Of a DNA stretch of 64,000 nt, positions 37,441 to 46,785 are shown in pieces. Within the stretch, counting starts at the first letter, position 1; each line of letters starts with the position of its first letter. The DNA is from Candidatus Latescibacterota bacterium. Lineage in GTDB: Bacteria; Latescibacterota; UBA2968; GCA-2709665. The stretch lies in contig OZ252100.1 of NCBI GenBank assembly GCA_965248435.1, forward strand, positions 4,736,001 to 4,800,000, in the 5' to 3' direction. Below the pieces are notes generated by a model that had not been told where the DNA came from, ran no database searches, and was given only the letters and a program-made list of their open reading frames with translations. A program made the position numbers and the translations under genes.

Positions 37441-38507
37441 AAAGTGACCTGCCACTTTTTCCGGCGAGCGTTGTGGGGAGTATGCCAAGGACCCAGTTCG
37501 TACGCGACCTGCTCGACCCAGAAACGGCCGAAGCCGATCCCGATTCAACTTCAAGATGGATGGATGCGGCGGTCGATCAGATTGTCGCGCTGCAGGAGGC
37601 GGCCGGTCTTGATATCGTTTCCGATGGTGAGTACAGGCGGCGGTCGTATATCGGGATTATCGCGGATGTTGCAGACGGGTTCGTCCTCGAACGGAGGAAC
37701 GGACTGTGGTGGCATACGGTTGTGGACAGATTGGAGCCGGAACGGCCGGGACTTGCCGCAGATGAGGCACGCTACCTAAAGGGACGTACGTCTCGGAAGA
37801 TAAAGGTTTGCCTGCCCTCGCCCTACCTTCTTGGAAGGCGAATGTGGGATCCAGAGCGCTCGATCGGGGCCTATCGCACTCGGCAGGCCTTCATGGAATC
37901 CCTGATTCCGATCCTGAGGACGGAACTGGAGCTCCTGAAGGGTGCAGGGGCGGAAATCGTACAGTTCGACGACCCTCACCTCTGCCTGTTCGTGGACGAA
38001 AAGATTCGTGCGGATTTTGAGGATCCCGAAAGGGAGATGGACCTCTGTGTCGACCTGCTAAATCAGATCCTGGACGGTGTGGATGGCATCACCAAGGCAA
38101 TTCACCTCTGCAGGCGCAATAAAGGACGGGCCGGATGGGTCGGTGAAGGCGGTTACGAGCCTATTCTACCCGCGCTGAAACGACTCAAGGTCGATCAGTA
38201 CGTCATGGAGTTTACGATTCCCGTTGCAGGAGACCTGTCTGCGTTGGAGGGACTGCCTGAGGATTGCCAGGTAGGTCTGGGATGCGTGGACTGCCGGGGT
38301 GAAAAGATCGACGCTGTTGAAAAGATCGTCGAACGCGTGGAGCAGGCCCTGGTCTACCTTAGACCTGAGCAGATTGTTTTGAATCCTGATTGCGGGTTCG
38401 CCCCCGGGAGCGCCGCCGATATTCCGGTCGACGAGGCATATGCCAAGCTGTGCAACGAGGCGAAGGCTGCTGAGGTGCTCAGGGAGAAATATGGTAGGGG
38501 GAATTAG
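37437..38507 (+). CDS. cobalamin-independent methionine synthase II family protein (single-barrel MetE-like)
   Basis: VVGSMPR, QEAAGLDIVSDGEYRR, VQFDDP, HLCRRN (Zn HxC), GLGCVD, NPDCGF. ATG 37437 overlaps the upstream stop as ATGA. Confidence 0.85.
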   Translation: MKSDLPLFPASVVGSMPRTQFVRDLLDPETAEADPDSTSRWMDAAVDQIVALQEAAGLDIVSDGEYRRRSYIGIIADVADGFVLERRNGLWWHTVVDRLEPERPGLAADEARYLKGRTSRKIKVCLPSPYLLGRRMWDPERSIGAYRTRQAFMESLIPILRTELELLKGAGAEIVQFDDPHLCLFVDEKIRADFEDPEREMDLCVDLLNQILDGVDGITKAIHLCRRNKGRAGWVGEGGYEPILPALKRLKVDQYVMEFTIPVAGDLSALEGLPEDCQVGLGCVDCRGEKIDAVEKIVERVEQALVYLRPEQIVLNPDCGFAPGSAADIPVDEAYAKLCNEAKAAEVLREKYGRGN

Positions 38508-38527
38508 AGATCAGGATCCCAGAGGGT

Positions 38528-39487
38528 CTAAGGTTTTGACCGCATACGAAGGTAGCTGGAATAGCGACGGCGACTGATCTGGCCTTCCTCTACCCCTTCC
38601 TTGATTGCACACTCCGGTTCGTGGACATGAGAACAGTCTCTGAACCGACACTGGCCCAGCAGGGGTCCAAATTCCTGAAAGAGGAGCGGGACGTCTTCCT
38701 GTTGTATGTCCCAAAGGGAGAACTCGCGCGCTCCGGGAAGGTCTCCTGCGAACCCGTTTTCGGTTACTTCGAACAGTTCGGTGTGAGTGGTCGTGTGACG
38801 CCCTTCTCGGGTCGTCTTGCTGATCTCGGCGGTCCTGAGCTCGAGCCCCGGCTGGATCCAGTTGAGGAGGCTGGATTTTCCGGTTCCGGACGGACCCATC
38901 AGGAGCGAAATGCGGTCCTTCAGTAGATCCTGGAACGGCTCCTTCCCCTGGTCCGAAATCACGCTCGTATAGACAACACGGTATCCAACCTGCTCATACA
39001 TGGCCATGGTCTCTTTTGCTGTTTCAGCAAGATCGATTTTGTTGAAGCAGACCACGGCCGGCACGGATTGCCACTCAGCGATGCCCAGCATGCGATCCAG
39101 AAGATCAAGATCAGCAGGGGGATCGTCGGCAGAGAAGACTGGAATGAGTTGATCGACATTTGCTGCGAGGATTTGTTCTTTGCGCGAAGTGCCTGATGCC
39201 CTGCGGGAGATCTTGTTTCGACGAGGAAGCACCTCGTGAATCATGCCGGTTCCGCCTTCGCCTTCCTCAAAGTGGACACGGTCTCCAACGGCCACCGGAT
39301 CTACGACACGTACAGAGCGGACGGACTCAACGCGTCGTCGCCGGGAACCCGGGCTGGCTTCCGGGTACTGCAACTGCTTGCGCAGAAGGGTGGAGAGGGC
39401 ACAGTCGATAACTTGCGAGTTGGCAGAAACGAAATAATGTCCCAAGTTTTGACGAATAACGGTGCCTTCACGATCGGACTTCTCCAT
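38528..39487 (-). CDS. rsgA: ribosome small subunit-dependent GTPase A
   Basis: AVGDRV, LPRRN, AANVDQ, NKIDL, GPSGTGKSSLLN, GRHTTT, CRFRDCSHVHEPECA. Confidence 0.93.
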   Translation of the reverse strand: MEKSDREGTVIRQNLGHYFVSANSQVIDCALSTLLRKQLQYPEASPGSRRRRVESVRSVRVVDPVAVGDRVHFEEGEGGTGMIHEVLPRRNKISRRASGTSRKEQILAANVDQLIPVFSADDPPADLDLLDRMLGIAEWQSVPAVVCFNKIDLAETAKETMAMYEQVGYRVVYTSVISDQGKEPFQDLLKDRISLLMGPSGTGKSSLLNWIQPGLELRTAEISKTTREGRHTTTHTELFEVTENGFAGDLPGAREFSLWDIQQEDVPLLFQEFGPLLGQCRFRDCSHVHEPECAIKEGVEEGQISRRRYSSYLRMRSKP

Positions 39488-39507
39488 GCTCTGCCTGCAG
39501 CCTGTTG

Positions 39508-40585
39508 TCAGATGATTTCGACCTTACTGTCGTCTCCCAACATAAAGCGAAATGCGGCCGGCTTGGACGCTACCCGAACGATCTCGGAGTTACAGCCTAT
39601 AATGGCATCGGCGATTCGTGACCCGAGGTTGAGCACGCGACCACCGTCCATAATGATGGAGTGTTCGATTTCGGAGCCAACGATTTCAACCCCTTTGCCG
39701 ATCGTGGTGTATGGCCCCACGTAGGCATCCTGCAGCCGACAGTTGGCGCCGATTACAGCCGGACCGCGAATGATGCAGTTCTCCACTTGAGTCCCTTCGC
39801 CGATGTGTACTCTGCCGGTCACTCGGGATGAGGGGCCGATTTCCACATCGGGAGCAATAACCTGTTCTGCAAGCTCGTCTAAAATGATCTGATTGGCCTC
39901 CAACATATCGTCCTTTTTTCCCGTATCCAGCCACCACTCGGTGATGATGTTCGATCCGACTTTTGCTCCGGAGTCCAGGAGCTTCTGGATCGCATCTGTG
40001 ATTTCATACTCACCGCGACTCGACGGCTGAAGCGTTTCGATGGCTTCGTGAACTTTGTTGCTGAAAACGTAGACACCCACGAGCGCAAGGTTTGAACGCG
40101 GCGTCTCCGGCTTCTCCTCAAAATGGACCACACGACCCTCGCCGTCCAATTCGGCGACACCAAAATTGCGTGGATCTTCGACTTCTTTCAATTGGATGAG
40201 CGCGTCCAACTTTTCTTCTTCAAATTGGTGAACCAGTTCCGCCACCTCGTGTTTGATCAGGTTGTCCCCGAGGTACATCACGAAAGGTCCGTTTTGTAGA
40301 TAATCCCGAGAGAGTTTGACAGCGTGTGCAAGACCGAGGGGTTGATCCTGTGGAATGTAAGTAAAGTCGGCGCCCCATCGCGATCCATCGCCGAGCGCTT
40401 GCTTGACCTCCTCGCCCGTATCGCCAACCACAATTCCAATTTCCTTAATACCGGCGCGGATTATGGATTCGATGCCGTAGGCCACGATCAGTTTGTTGGC
40501 GATGGGTACGAGCTGTTTCGCTCGCGTATAGGTGATAGGCCTTAGCCTGGTTCCTTTTCCTCCACATAGAATAAGGGCCTTCATC
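39508..40585 (-). CDS. glucose-1-phosphate thymidylyltransferase (long form, with LbH tail)
   Basis: MKALILCGGKGTRLRPITYTRAKQLVPIANK, QDQPLGLAHAV, YLGDN, EEKP, RGEYEITDAIQ, WWLDTGK, hexapeptide tail. Confidence 0.92.
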
Positions 40586-40632
40586 ACATTGCGCTCCATT
40601 GACCAGAAGGAAGTTCCCGACACCGAATTTCG

Positions 40633-40717
40633 AAAATAGCGGTGTCTTTATTCTTTGTCAAGGACTTTGGATCAGCGCGGCGCCTTGACTTATATTAAGC
40701 GTTGTCGTATAAGTCAA
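40633..40717. promoter_or_regulatory. divergent promoter region with a symmetric sigma70-like element
   Basis: Minus strand TTGACA-17-TATTTT (40661-40633). Inverted repeat TTGACTTATA-N13-TATAAGTCAA (40685-40717) reads TTGACT-17-TATAAG on both strands. Confidence 0.6.
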
Positions 40718-40758
40718 TTCACGGCGTTGGCCCACATTCAGAAGGAGTTTTATTAGAG

Positions 40759-41868
40759 ATGGATGGCGTAAAGATCCTAATCGAACAAGCGATAAACAAG
40801 ATTTCTCTTTCTCAAGCTTTTGTGGCCTTTGTCTTCTTGCTCGGTGCTCTGGTTTTGCGCAAGGTGTCAATAGTCGTTCTGAATCGATATGCTCGCCGAA
40901 TCGTGAAGCTGAGCCGTACCGAGATTGACGACCTCCTGCTAAAGGCTTTGGAAAAGCCGCTGGCCCAGGGAATACTCCTTCTGGGTTTCTATCTTGCCGC
41001 GAGGAGTTTCTCCCTTCCCCCAAGACTCAGTGCTGGCGTTGACACAGCGTTTTCGATACTGCTTTCGGTCTTGATCTCCTGGCTGATGCTTCGGATGGTT
41101 GGTGTGCTCACTCATATTCTTCACGGGTGGGCAAAGAGCACCGATACTGCTTTGGACGATCAGCTGGTGCCTCTCGTGAACCGGGCAGCGCGTGTCGCAG
41201 TTGGTATGCTGGCTGCGCTGCTGATTCTTCAGAACATGGGATATTCGATTTCAGGTCTTATCGCAGGTCTAGGAGTAGGCGGTCTTGCAGTAGCGCTTGC
41301 GGCACAGAAGACGATCTCGGATCTTTTCGGCTCTGTTATGCTGTTGTCGGATCGGCCGTTTCTCGTTGGGGACTGGATCAAATCTCCGGATGCGAACATC
41401 GAGGGCGTTGTTGAGCGCATCGGTTTCAGGAGCACTCGCATTCGCACTTTCGAAAAAACCTTGATTTCGGTCCCAAACAGCCGCCTGGCAGATTTTATTA
41501 TCGATAATATCGCTCGAAGACCCTTGCGACGGGTCTGGATTACGGTAGGACTCACATACGACACGACTTCCGTTATGCTACGAGAGGCCGTTAAAGGCAT
41601 CGAAGATGTTCTCAAAGAAAATCAGGAGGTCAATCAGGAGTTTTTCCTCGTCTATTTTACAGACTTCGGATCGAGCTCTCTAGATATCATGGTCTACTAC
41701 TTTACAAATACAACTGTTTGGGCCGATCATTTGCGCATCCGAGGGGAAGTTAATATAGAGATTATGGAAATGTTGGAAGACATGGGACTTTCCATCGCAT
41801 TTCCTACTCGGACGGTACATCTTGTTGAGAATGATGAAAAAGCGGCGTCTGACAAGGCATCAGAATAG
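40759..41868 (+). CDS. small-conductance mechanosensitive channel (MscS family)
   Basis: ATG 40759 after AAGGAG. Multiple TMs, LIAGLGVGGLAVALAAQ, DRPFLVGDWI, EGVVERIGFRSTRIRT, VPNS, IAFPTRTV. Confidence 0.93.
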   Translation: MDGVKILIEQAINKISLSQAFVAFVFLLGALVLRKVSIVVLNRYARRIVKLSRTEIDDLLLKALEKPLAQGILLLGFYLAARSFSLPPRLSAGVDTAFSILLSVLISWLMLRMVGVLTHILHGWAKSTDTALDDQLVPLVNRAARVAVGMLAALLILQNMGYSISGLIAGLGVGGLAVALAAQKTISDLFGSVMLLSDRPFLVGDWIKSPDANIEGVVERIGFRSTRIRTFEKTLISVPNSRLADFIIDNIARRPLRRVWITVGLTYDTTSVMLREAVKGIEDVLKENQEVNQEFFLVYFTDFGSSSLDIMVYYFTNTTVWADHLRIRGEVNIEIMEMLEDMGLSIAFPTRTVHLVENDEKAASDKASE

Positions 41869-41962
41869 AGGATTCGAAATATTCTCCAGTTGACTTTTGG
41901 ATTTTTATCCATATTTTTTTCTTATCAGAACGTTGCCAAAGAGTCCGTCGTAGAGGACTGGA

Positions 41963-42724
41963 ATGGGGAAAGACCTTTCTTTCATAATAGATGACTGGGA
42001 CTTCGACCCGGGTGATATTTGCGCCAGAAAGATTGTCGGTGCCGACGGACGCGAAAAGCTTCAAGTGCGGCTCGACTTGGGATTGTTGCAAATGGAGCTC
42101 GAAGGTCGACCGGATGGGACTCGATTCCGTGGACACGAAACGGTGCTAGACTACTACGTAAGCCGTCTGGAAGGCTACGAGGAGCAGCATGGGTCGGACA
42201 ATGGATTTCGACTCAAGGGGAAGGCTTGCTCCAGATTATGGCAGGAGCGTGTTCAATATTATCACCGTTACATCTGTCTTCTGCGCCTGGAAGACTATAA
42301 AGGCGTCTTGCAGGACACGTCACACGACCTCCAGATTTTCGACCTTGTAAACACCTTCGCCGATGACGACGAGGCCAAACTTTCGTTCGAGCAGTACAGA
42401 CCTTATGTGATCATGATTCACTCGAGGGCGGAGGGCGAGATCTGCTTGAAACAAGGAAACCACGATGGTGCAATTCAGGCAGCCTCGAGCGGAATCGGCA
42501 AGATCCGTTCGTTTTTTGAGGCCTTTGGGGACCCGGAGTTGATAGATGCGAGTGAGGAACTGAAGGCTCTCGAGGCCTGGGGTGAGGAACTGAAAACTTC
42601 TCGACCGATGAGCATGAAGCAGCAGCTTTCACAAAAGCTTATGGAGGCCATTGCAGAGGAAAAATACGAACAGGCCGCGCGGATCCGAGATCGCATCCAA
42701 AGGCTCGAAGGCACAAACTTCTGA
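41963..42724 (+). CDS. UvrB/UvrC-motif-containing protein
   Basis: RKIVGADGREKLQVRLDLGLLQMELEGRPDG, QYYHRY, EQYRPYV, and C-terminal UVR motif LMEAIAEEKYEQAARIRDRI. Confidence 0.8.
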   Translation: MGKDLSFIIDDWDFDPGDICARKIVGADGREKLQVRLDLGLLQMELEGRPDGTRFRGHETVLDYYVSRLEGYEEQHGSDNGFRLKGKACSRLWQERVQYYHRYICLLRLEDYKGVLQDTSHDLQIFDLVNTFADDDEAKLSFEQYRPYVIMIHSRAEGEICLKQGNHDGAIQAASSGIGKIRSFFEAFGDPELIDASEELKALEAWGEELKTSRPMSMKQQLSQKLMEAIAEEKYEQAARIRDRIQRLEGTNF

Positions 42725-42731
42725 ACTCCGT

Positions 42732-43697
42732 GTGAATCAATCAGAGAAGCGCGAGGCGATTTCGGTGGCCATTGCAAATTGGAATGGTGCAGCCCACCTT
42801 TCCCACTGCCTCGACGCGCTCTTCTCACAGACTCATCCCCCCGCTGAAGTCATCCTGGTGGATAATGGATCGACCGACGGGTCGAGAGCGTTGGTTCAAA
42901 GCCAATATCCCCAGGTCAGGTTAATCGAGCGGCCGATCAACGAAGGGGTAAGCCGGGGTTACAATCTCGCGATCGCCAATTCCAAGAATCCCTATCTCCT
43001 GATCCTGAACACCGATGTGTTCTTGGATCGGGATTTTTTGTATGAAGCGCTCAAGGCGATCCGCTCTTCTTCAAGCATTGGATGGGTCGCTGCCAAGATT
43101 CACAGCGCAGATACGAATCAGGTTGAGAACGTGGGGTTCTATCTGCGTCCCTGGATATCGGTGGTCAACAGTAAGAACGTTTCGAAGCCGGAGTTTGTCT
43201 TCGCAGCCAGCGGGTCCGCCCTCTTCTGCCGGCGTGAGATGCTTGAGGACATCAGCCTGTCTGGGGAATACTTTGACGAGGCGTTTTTCGCCTACAGAGA
43301 AGAGCTAGACCTGGCATGGCGCGCACAACTACGGGGCTGGCGGTGTCTCTATTGCCCAACCGCTTTGGCGCAACACATTGGATCCGCTTCTCATGGGGGC
43401 GAAGTAAGGGTTATCGATAAGCCTGCATTCCTTCAGCGACACGCGTGGAAGAACCGATATCTCCTGGTCGTAAAAAATGCTTCATACTGGAGTTTGATAG
43501 TCCTTGCTCCGTCGCTGCTGATGCTCGAGCTTCTATCGTGGCCCTACCTCCTTTTCGCGAAGCCGCGGAGTCTCCCTGTTTTCCTTCAAGCCCACAGAGA
43601 ATTCCTCCGGCTTGTCCCCGAAACGCTCGAAAAGAGACGATTTGTACAGCGCGGCAGAAGGGTCAAGGGCTGGAGGATTTTGAAGTTCCTCAGGTGA
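42732..43697 (+). CDS. glycosyltransferase family 2
   Basis: ISVAIANWNG, VILVDNGSTDGS, LILNTD, FDEAFFAYREELDLAWRA. Probable GTG start 42732. Confidence 0.92.
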   Translation: MNQSEKREAISVAIANWNGAAHLSHCLDALFSQTHPPAEVILVDNGSTDGSRALVQSQYPQVRLIERPINEGVSRGYNLAIANSKNPYLLILNTDVFLDRDFLYEALKAIRSSSSIGWVAAKIHSADTNQVENVGFYLRPWISVVNSKNVSKPEFVFAASGSALFCRREMLEDISLSGEYFDEAFFAYREELDLAWRAQLRGWRCLYCPTALAQHIGSASHGGEVRVIDKPAFLQRHAWKNRYLLVVKNASYWSLIVLAPSLLMLELLSWPYLLFAKPRSLPVFLQAHREFLRLVPETLEKRRFVQRGRRVKGWRILKFLR

Positions 43698-43704
43698 TCC
43701 CGGA

Positions 43705-44862
43705 TTGATCAACATCCTTTTCGTCATAACGCGGCTCGCTGTCGGCGGTGCACCTAAGAGCCTTCTCGCGACCATTAGAGGCCTCGACCGAACGCGGTAC
43801 CGGATTGTCCTGGTTACGGGTCAGCCCAATCCGGACGAGGGCAGCTTGATGGACCTGGCCGCTACACTGAATGTCAAACTGTGCGTCCAGCCCCACCTGC
43901 AAAGAGACATTCACCCAATCCGGGAAGTGAAAGCGTTCTGGCAACTCTACCGCTTCATTCGGCGCGGCCGCTATGAGATCGTTCACACGCATCTCTCCAA
44001 GGCAGGTATCCTCGGGCGTCTGGCCGCGCGTTTTGCGGGTGTCTCTCGCATTGTACATACCTATCACGGGGACGTCTTCGACGCATACTTCAGTCCTATC
44101 AAGAGCCAGCTGCTGCTGGCTGCCGAGCGGATTGTGGGCCTGGCCACAGACCGGTTCGTGGTCGTCAGCGAAGCACTTCAAAAGAGGTATCTTGGCTATA
44201 GAGTAGGGCGGAGTAACACCTATTCGGTTGTACCCAACGGTGTGTCTTCTGAGAAACTCCCCGACAGAGGCTCGGGAACGGGGAACCGAAAGCGCGTGGG
44301 AACGGTGGCCATGCTCTACCCGATCAAGCGGGTGGACCTGTTTCTGGATGTGGCGCGTCGGGTCCTTCGACACCATCCGGAGGTGGAGTTTATCGTCGTA
44401 GGTGGGGGCCCCGAGGAGGCGACGCTCCGGGAGGCCGCGCGCGGTCTTGAAGACCGCATTCGCTTTCTCGGGATTCGGTTGGATGTCTTTGAACTGCTTT
44501 CTACGCTGGACGTGTTCGTCCTGTCCTCGGACTACGAAGGTGCAGGGATTGGCTTGATGGAGGCGATGCTGGTGGGCGTGCCGGTCGTCGCTACGCGGGT
44601 CGGAGGTGTGCCAGAGATCGTGTCTGAGGGGGTGACGGGTCTCCTCGTGCCTAAGGGGGACGGCGATGCGCTGGCCCTTGCCGTCCTGCGATTACTGGAA
44701 GATGCTGACCTCTGCGAACGGATGGGGAGGGCTGCGCGCGAGTTGGCCCCCAAGCGGTTTTCGACCGAAAAGATGGTCGAAAGTCTGGACTCGGTTTACA
44801 GTGACCTAGCAAATCTACGGAGAGCGAATTGGTCATCGTCGCTGGCGCCACAGGCTACATAG
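43705..44862 (+). CDS. glycosyltransferase family 4 (GT-B)
   Basis: ILFVITRLAVGGA, IVHTHLSKAG, HTYHG, KRVD, SDYEG..LMEAM..PVVATRVGGVPEIV. Confidence 0.93.
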   Translation: MINILFVITRLAVGGAPKSLLATIRGLDRTRYRIVLVTGQPNPDEGSLMDLAATLNVKLCVQPHLQRDIHPIREVKAFWQLYRFIRRGRYEIVHTHLSKAGILGRLAARFAGVSRIVHTYHGDVFDAYFSPIKSQLLLAAERIVGLATDRFVVVSEALQKRYLGYRVGRSNTYSVVPNGVSSEKLPDRGSGTGNRKRVGTVAMLYPIKRVDLFLDVARRVLRHHPEVEFIVVGGGPEEATLREAARGLEDRIRFLGIRLDVFELLSTLDVFVLSSDYEGAGIGLMEAMLVGVPVVATRVGGVPEIVSEGVTGLLVPKGDGDALALAVLRLLEDADLCERMGRAARELAPKRFSTEKMVESLDSVYSDLANLRRANWSSSLAPQAT

Positions 44863-45695
44863 GTCGCTTTGTGGTCCAGGCGCTTCGGGAGGCGGGACAT
44901 TCCATCAGGTGTCTGGTCAGAGACAGGGGCAGGTGCAAGGGTTTAGATGGCCCAGACGTCTCGTGTGAAACGGTGGACCTTGAGTGCGAACAGGGGTTGA
45001 GCAAAGCCCTGGCCGGGTGCAAGTCCCTTGTGAGCGCCGCACATATCCGGTTTGCCCCTCAGCTGATTCGTGCGTGTCGCGCCGCAGGTGTCCGACGGGC
45101 CGTATTTCTTAGCTCGACCTGGCTGTTTTCGAAACTCCGGACAAAGGAGGTGTCGTGGGTCGTAGCCGGGGAGGAGGCGGTACAGACCTCCGGTCTCGAC
45201 ACGACGGTGTTTCGTCTCGCGATGACGTATGGCCCTGGGGATGACCGCAACATCTCACGACTTAGGGACTTCGTCCGTCGCCACCGAGTGTTTCCGACCT
45301 TTGGAGACGGCAAGCGACTCGTTCAGCCTGTGTATGTTTCAGACGTTGTTGACGCAGTGACCTCTGCGCTCAACTGTTGCGCGACCGTGGGCAAAGCCTA
45401 CCAGCTCGCGGGTCCGTATCCGATGACTTATAATGAAATGGTAGCTACAGTCTGCAGGACGACCGGCCGGAGCGTCTTGAGCGTATATCTGCCGATCACC
45501 CTTGCTTTGCCCGGAGTCTGGATCTACGAACGGATTTCCAGGGCCCCCAAGCTGAAGGTAGATCAGGTTATTCGCATGAGAGAAGATCGGGCCTTTGACA
45601 TCTCCGAGTCACAAAGGGACCTGGGTTTCTGGCCGATGAGTTTCGAGGAAGGGCTTCGCGAGGCAATGCGGATAAACGGAGAGGACACCCGCTGA
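44829..45695 (+). CDS. NAD-dependent epimerase/dehydratase (atypical SDR)
   Basis: AGATGYIG, CLVR, VFLSST, YGPGD, FGDG..VQPVYVSDV, LAGP. Confidence 0.82.
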   Translation: MVIVAGATGYIGRFVVQALREAGHSIRCLVRDRGRCKGLDGPDVSCETVDLECEQGLSKALAGCKSLVSAAHIRFAPQLIRACRAAGVRRAVFLSSTWLFSKLRTKEVSWVVAGEEAVQTSGLDTTVFRLAMTYGPGDDRNISRLRDFVRRHRVFPTFGDGKRLVQPVYVSDVVDAVTSALNCCATVGKAYQLAGPYPMTYNEMVATVCRTTGRSVLSVYLPITLALPGVWIYERISRAPKLKVDQVIRMREDRAFDISESQRDLGFWPMSFEEGLREAMRINGEDTR

Positions 45696-45696
45696 G

Positions 45697-46731
45697 ATGG
45701 CTTGGTCCCTGGGGATGCTTTTCCTGATCGGGGCAGTGATCGGGTGGATTGTGACGCGGAGCGCAAGGTTCGCCGCATTGCGAGCGGGAATCGTGGACCG
45801 GCCAAATCCGAGGAGCTCTCACGAAGAGCCGACGCCTACGTTGGGCGGGTTAGGGATCGTTCTGGGGGTCTGGTTGGCGCTTTGTCTGGGTTACAGCGTG
45901 TTGAGCCTTCATCCATTGAGGGGCTGGGAAGCGCTATTGGGGAGTACGCTGGTACTGACGCTTCTGGGATACGATGAGGTCAGACCGATGGGGCGTCTTG
46001 CGAAGCTTGCCGTACAGGTCGGGGCCTCGCTATTGCTCGTCGCCTCCGGTGCGGTCTTACACCGAGTCTCTTTCCCGGGCCTGGGTGAAGTGGTTCTGGG
46101 CGAGTTGGCCTTTCCTGTGACCCTGATCTGGTTTGTCGCAGTCCAGAACCTCTACAATTTCATGGATGGAATCGATGGGATCGCCGGGGTAGAGGGCTGT
46201 CTGGTTGCAATCCTGATCGGCGGACTTTCCATCAAGTTCGTCCCGAACCTTGCGCCGTTGTCCTGGGCGCTGGCGGGCGTCACGCTGGGGTTCCTCTTTT
46301 GGAATTTTCCTCCCGCCAAGATCTTCATGGGGGATGTGGGTGGACACTTTCTTGGTTTGATCTTCGGTCTGATGGCGGTAATTGGAGAAGATGCGGGGGT
46401 CCCCTTCGTTGTGATTCTGCTTTTCATGGGAGGCTTCCTTTTCGATTCGATCTATACGATTCTCCGGCGCCTTTTCCTTCGAGAGGATATTACGCAGGCC
46501 CATCGATACCATTTGTACCAACGGCTAAATGCGCTGGGCTGGGCGCAGGCTCGAGTCAGTGTGGTGTATGGCGGGTTCACGCTTCTTTTCGGCGCGGTCG
46601 GATACCTGTGGTTCTATGGACATTTCAGTCAGGCCCTGTGGATGGGCTGCTTCCTGGCTACGCTGATCGTGTCTGGCACACTGTGGCTCGAGTACGAGTG
46701 GCGTCGAAAGTCAGTATCTCGTAGCTCGTGA
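45697..46731 (+). CDS. undecaprenyl-phosphate HexNAc-1-P transferase (WecA/WbpL, MraY-like)
   Basis: VDRPNPRSSH..PTPTLGG, NLYNFMDGIDG, NFPPAKIFMGDVG, AHRYHLYQRL, many TMs. Confidence 0.92.
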   Translation: MAWSLGMLFLIGAVIGWIVTRSARFAALRAGIVDRPNPRSSHEEPTPTLGGLGIVLGVWLALCLGYSVLSLHPLRGWEALLGSTLVLTLLGYDEVRPMGRLAKLAVQVGASLLLVASGAVLHRVSFPGLGEVVLGELAFPVTLIWFVAVQNLYNFMDGIDGIAGVEGCLVAILIGGLSIKFVPNLAPLSWALAGVTLGFLFWNFPPAKIFMGDVGGHFLGLIFGLMAVIGEDAGVPFVVILLFMGGFLFDSIYTILRRLFLREDITQAHRYHLYQRLNALGWAQARVSVVYGGFTLLFGAVGYLWFYGHFSQALWMGCFLATLIVSGTLWLEYEWRRKSVSRSS

Positions 46732-46785
46732 AGCGTATCTCGTCAGGAAAACACAAAATATTATGGGGTATTCTCTTTCCGAAAC

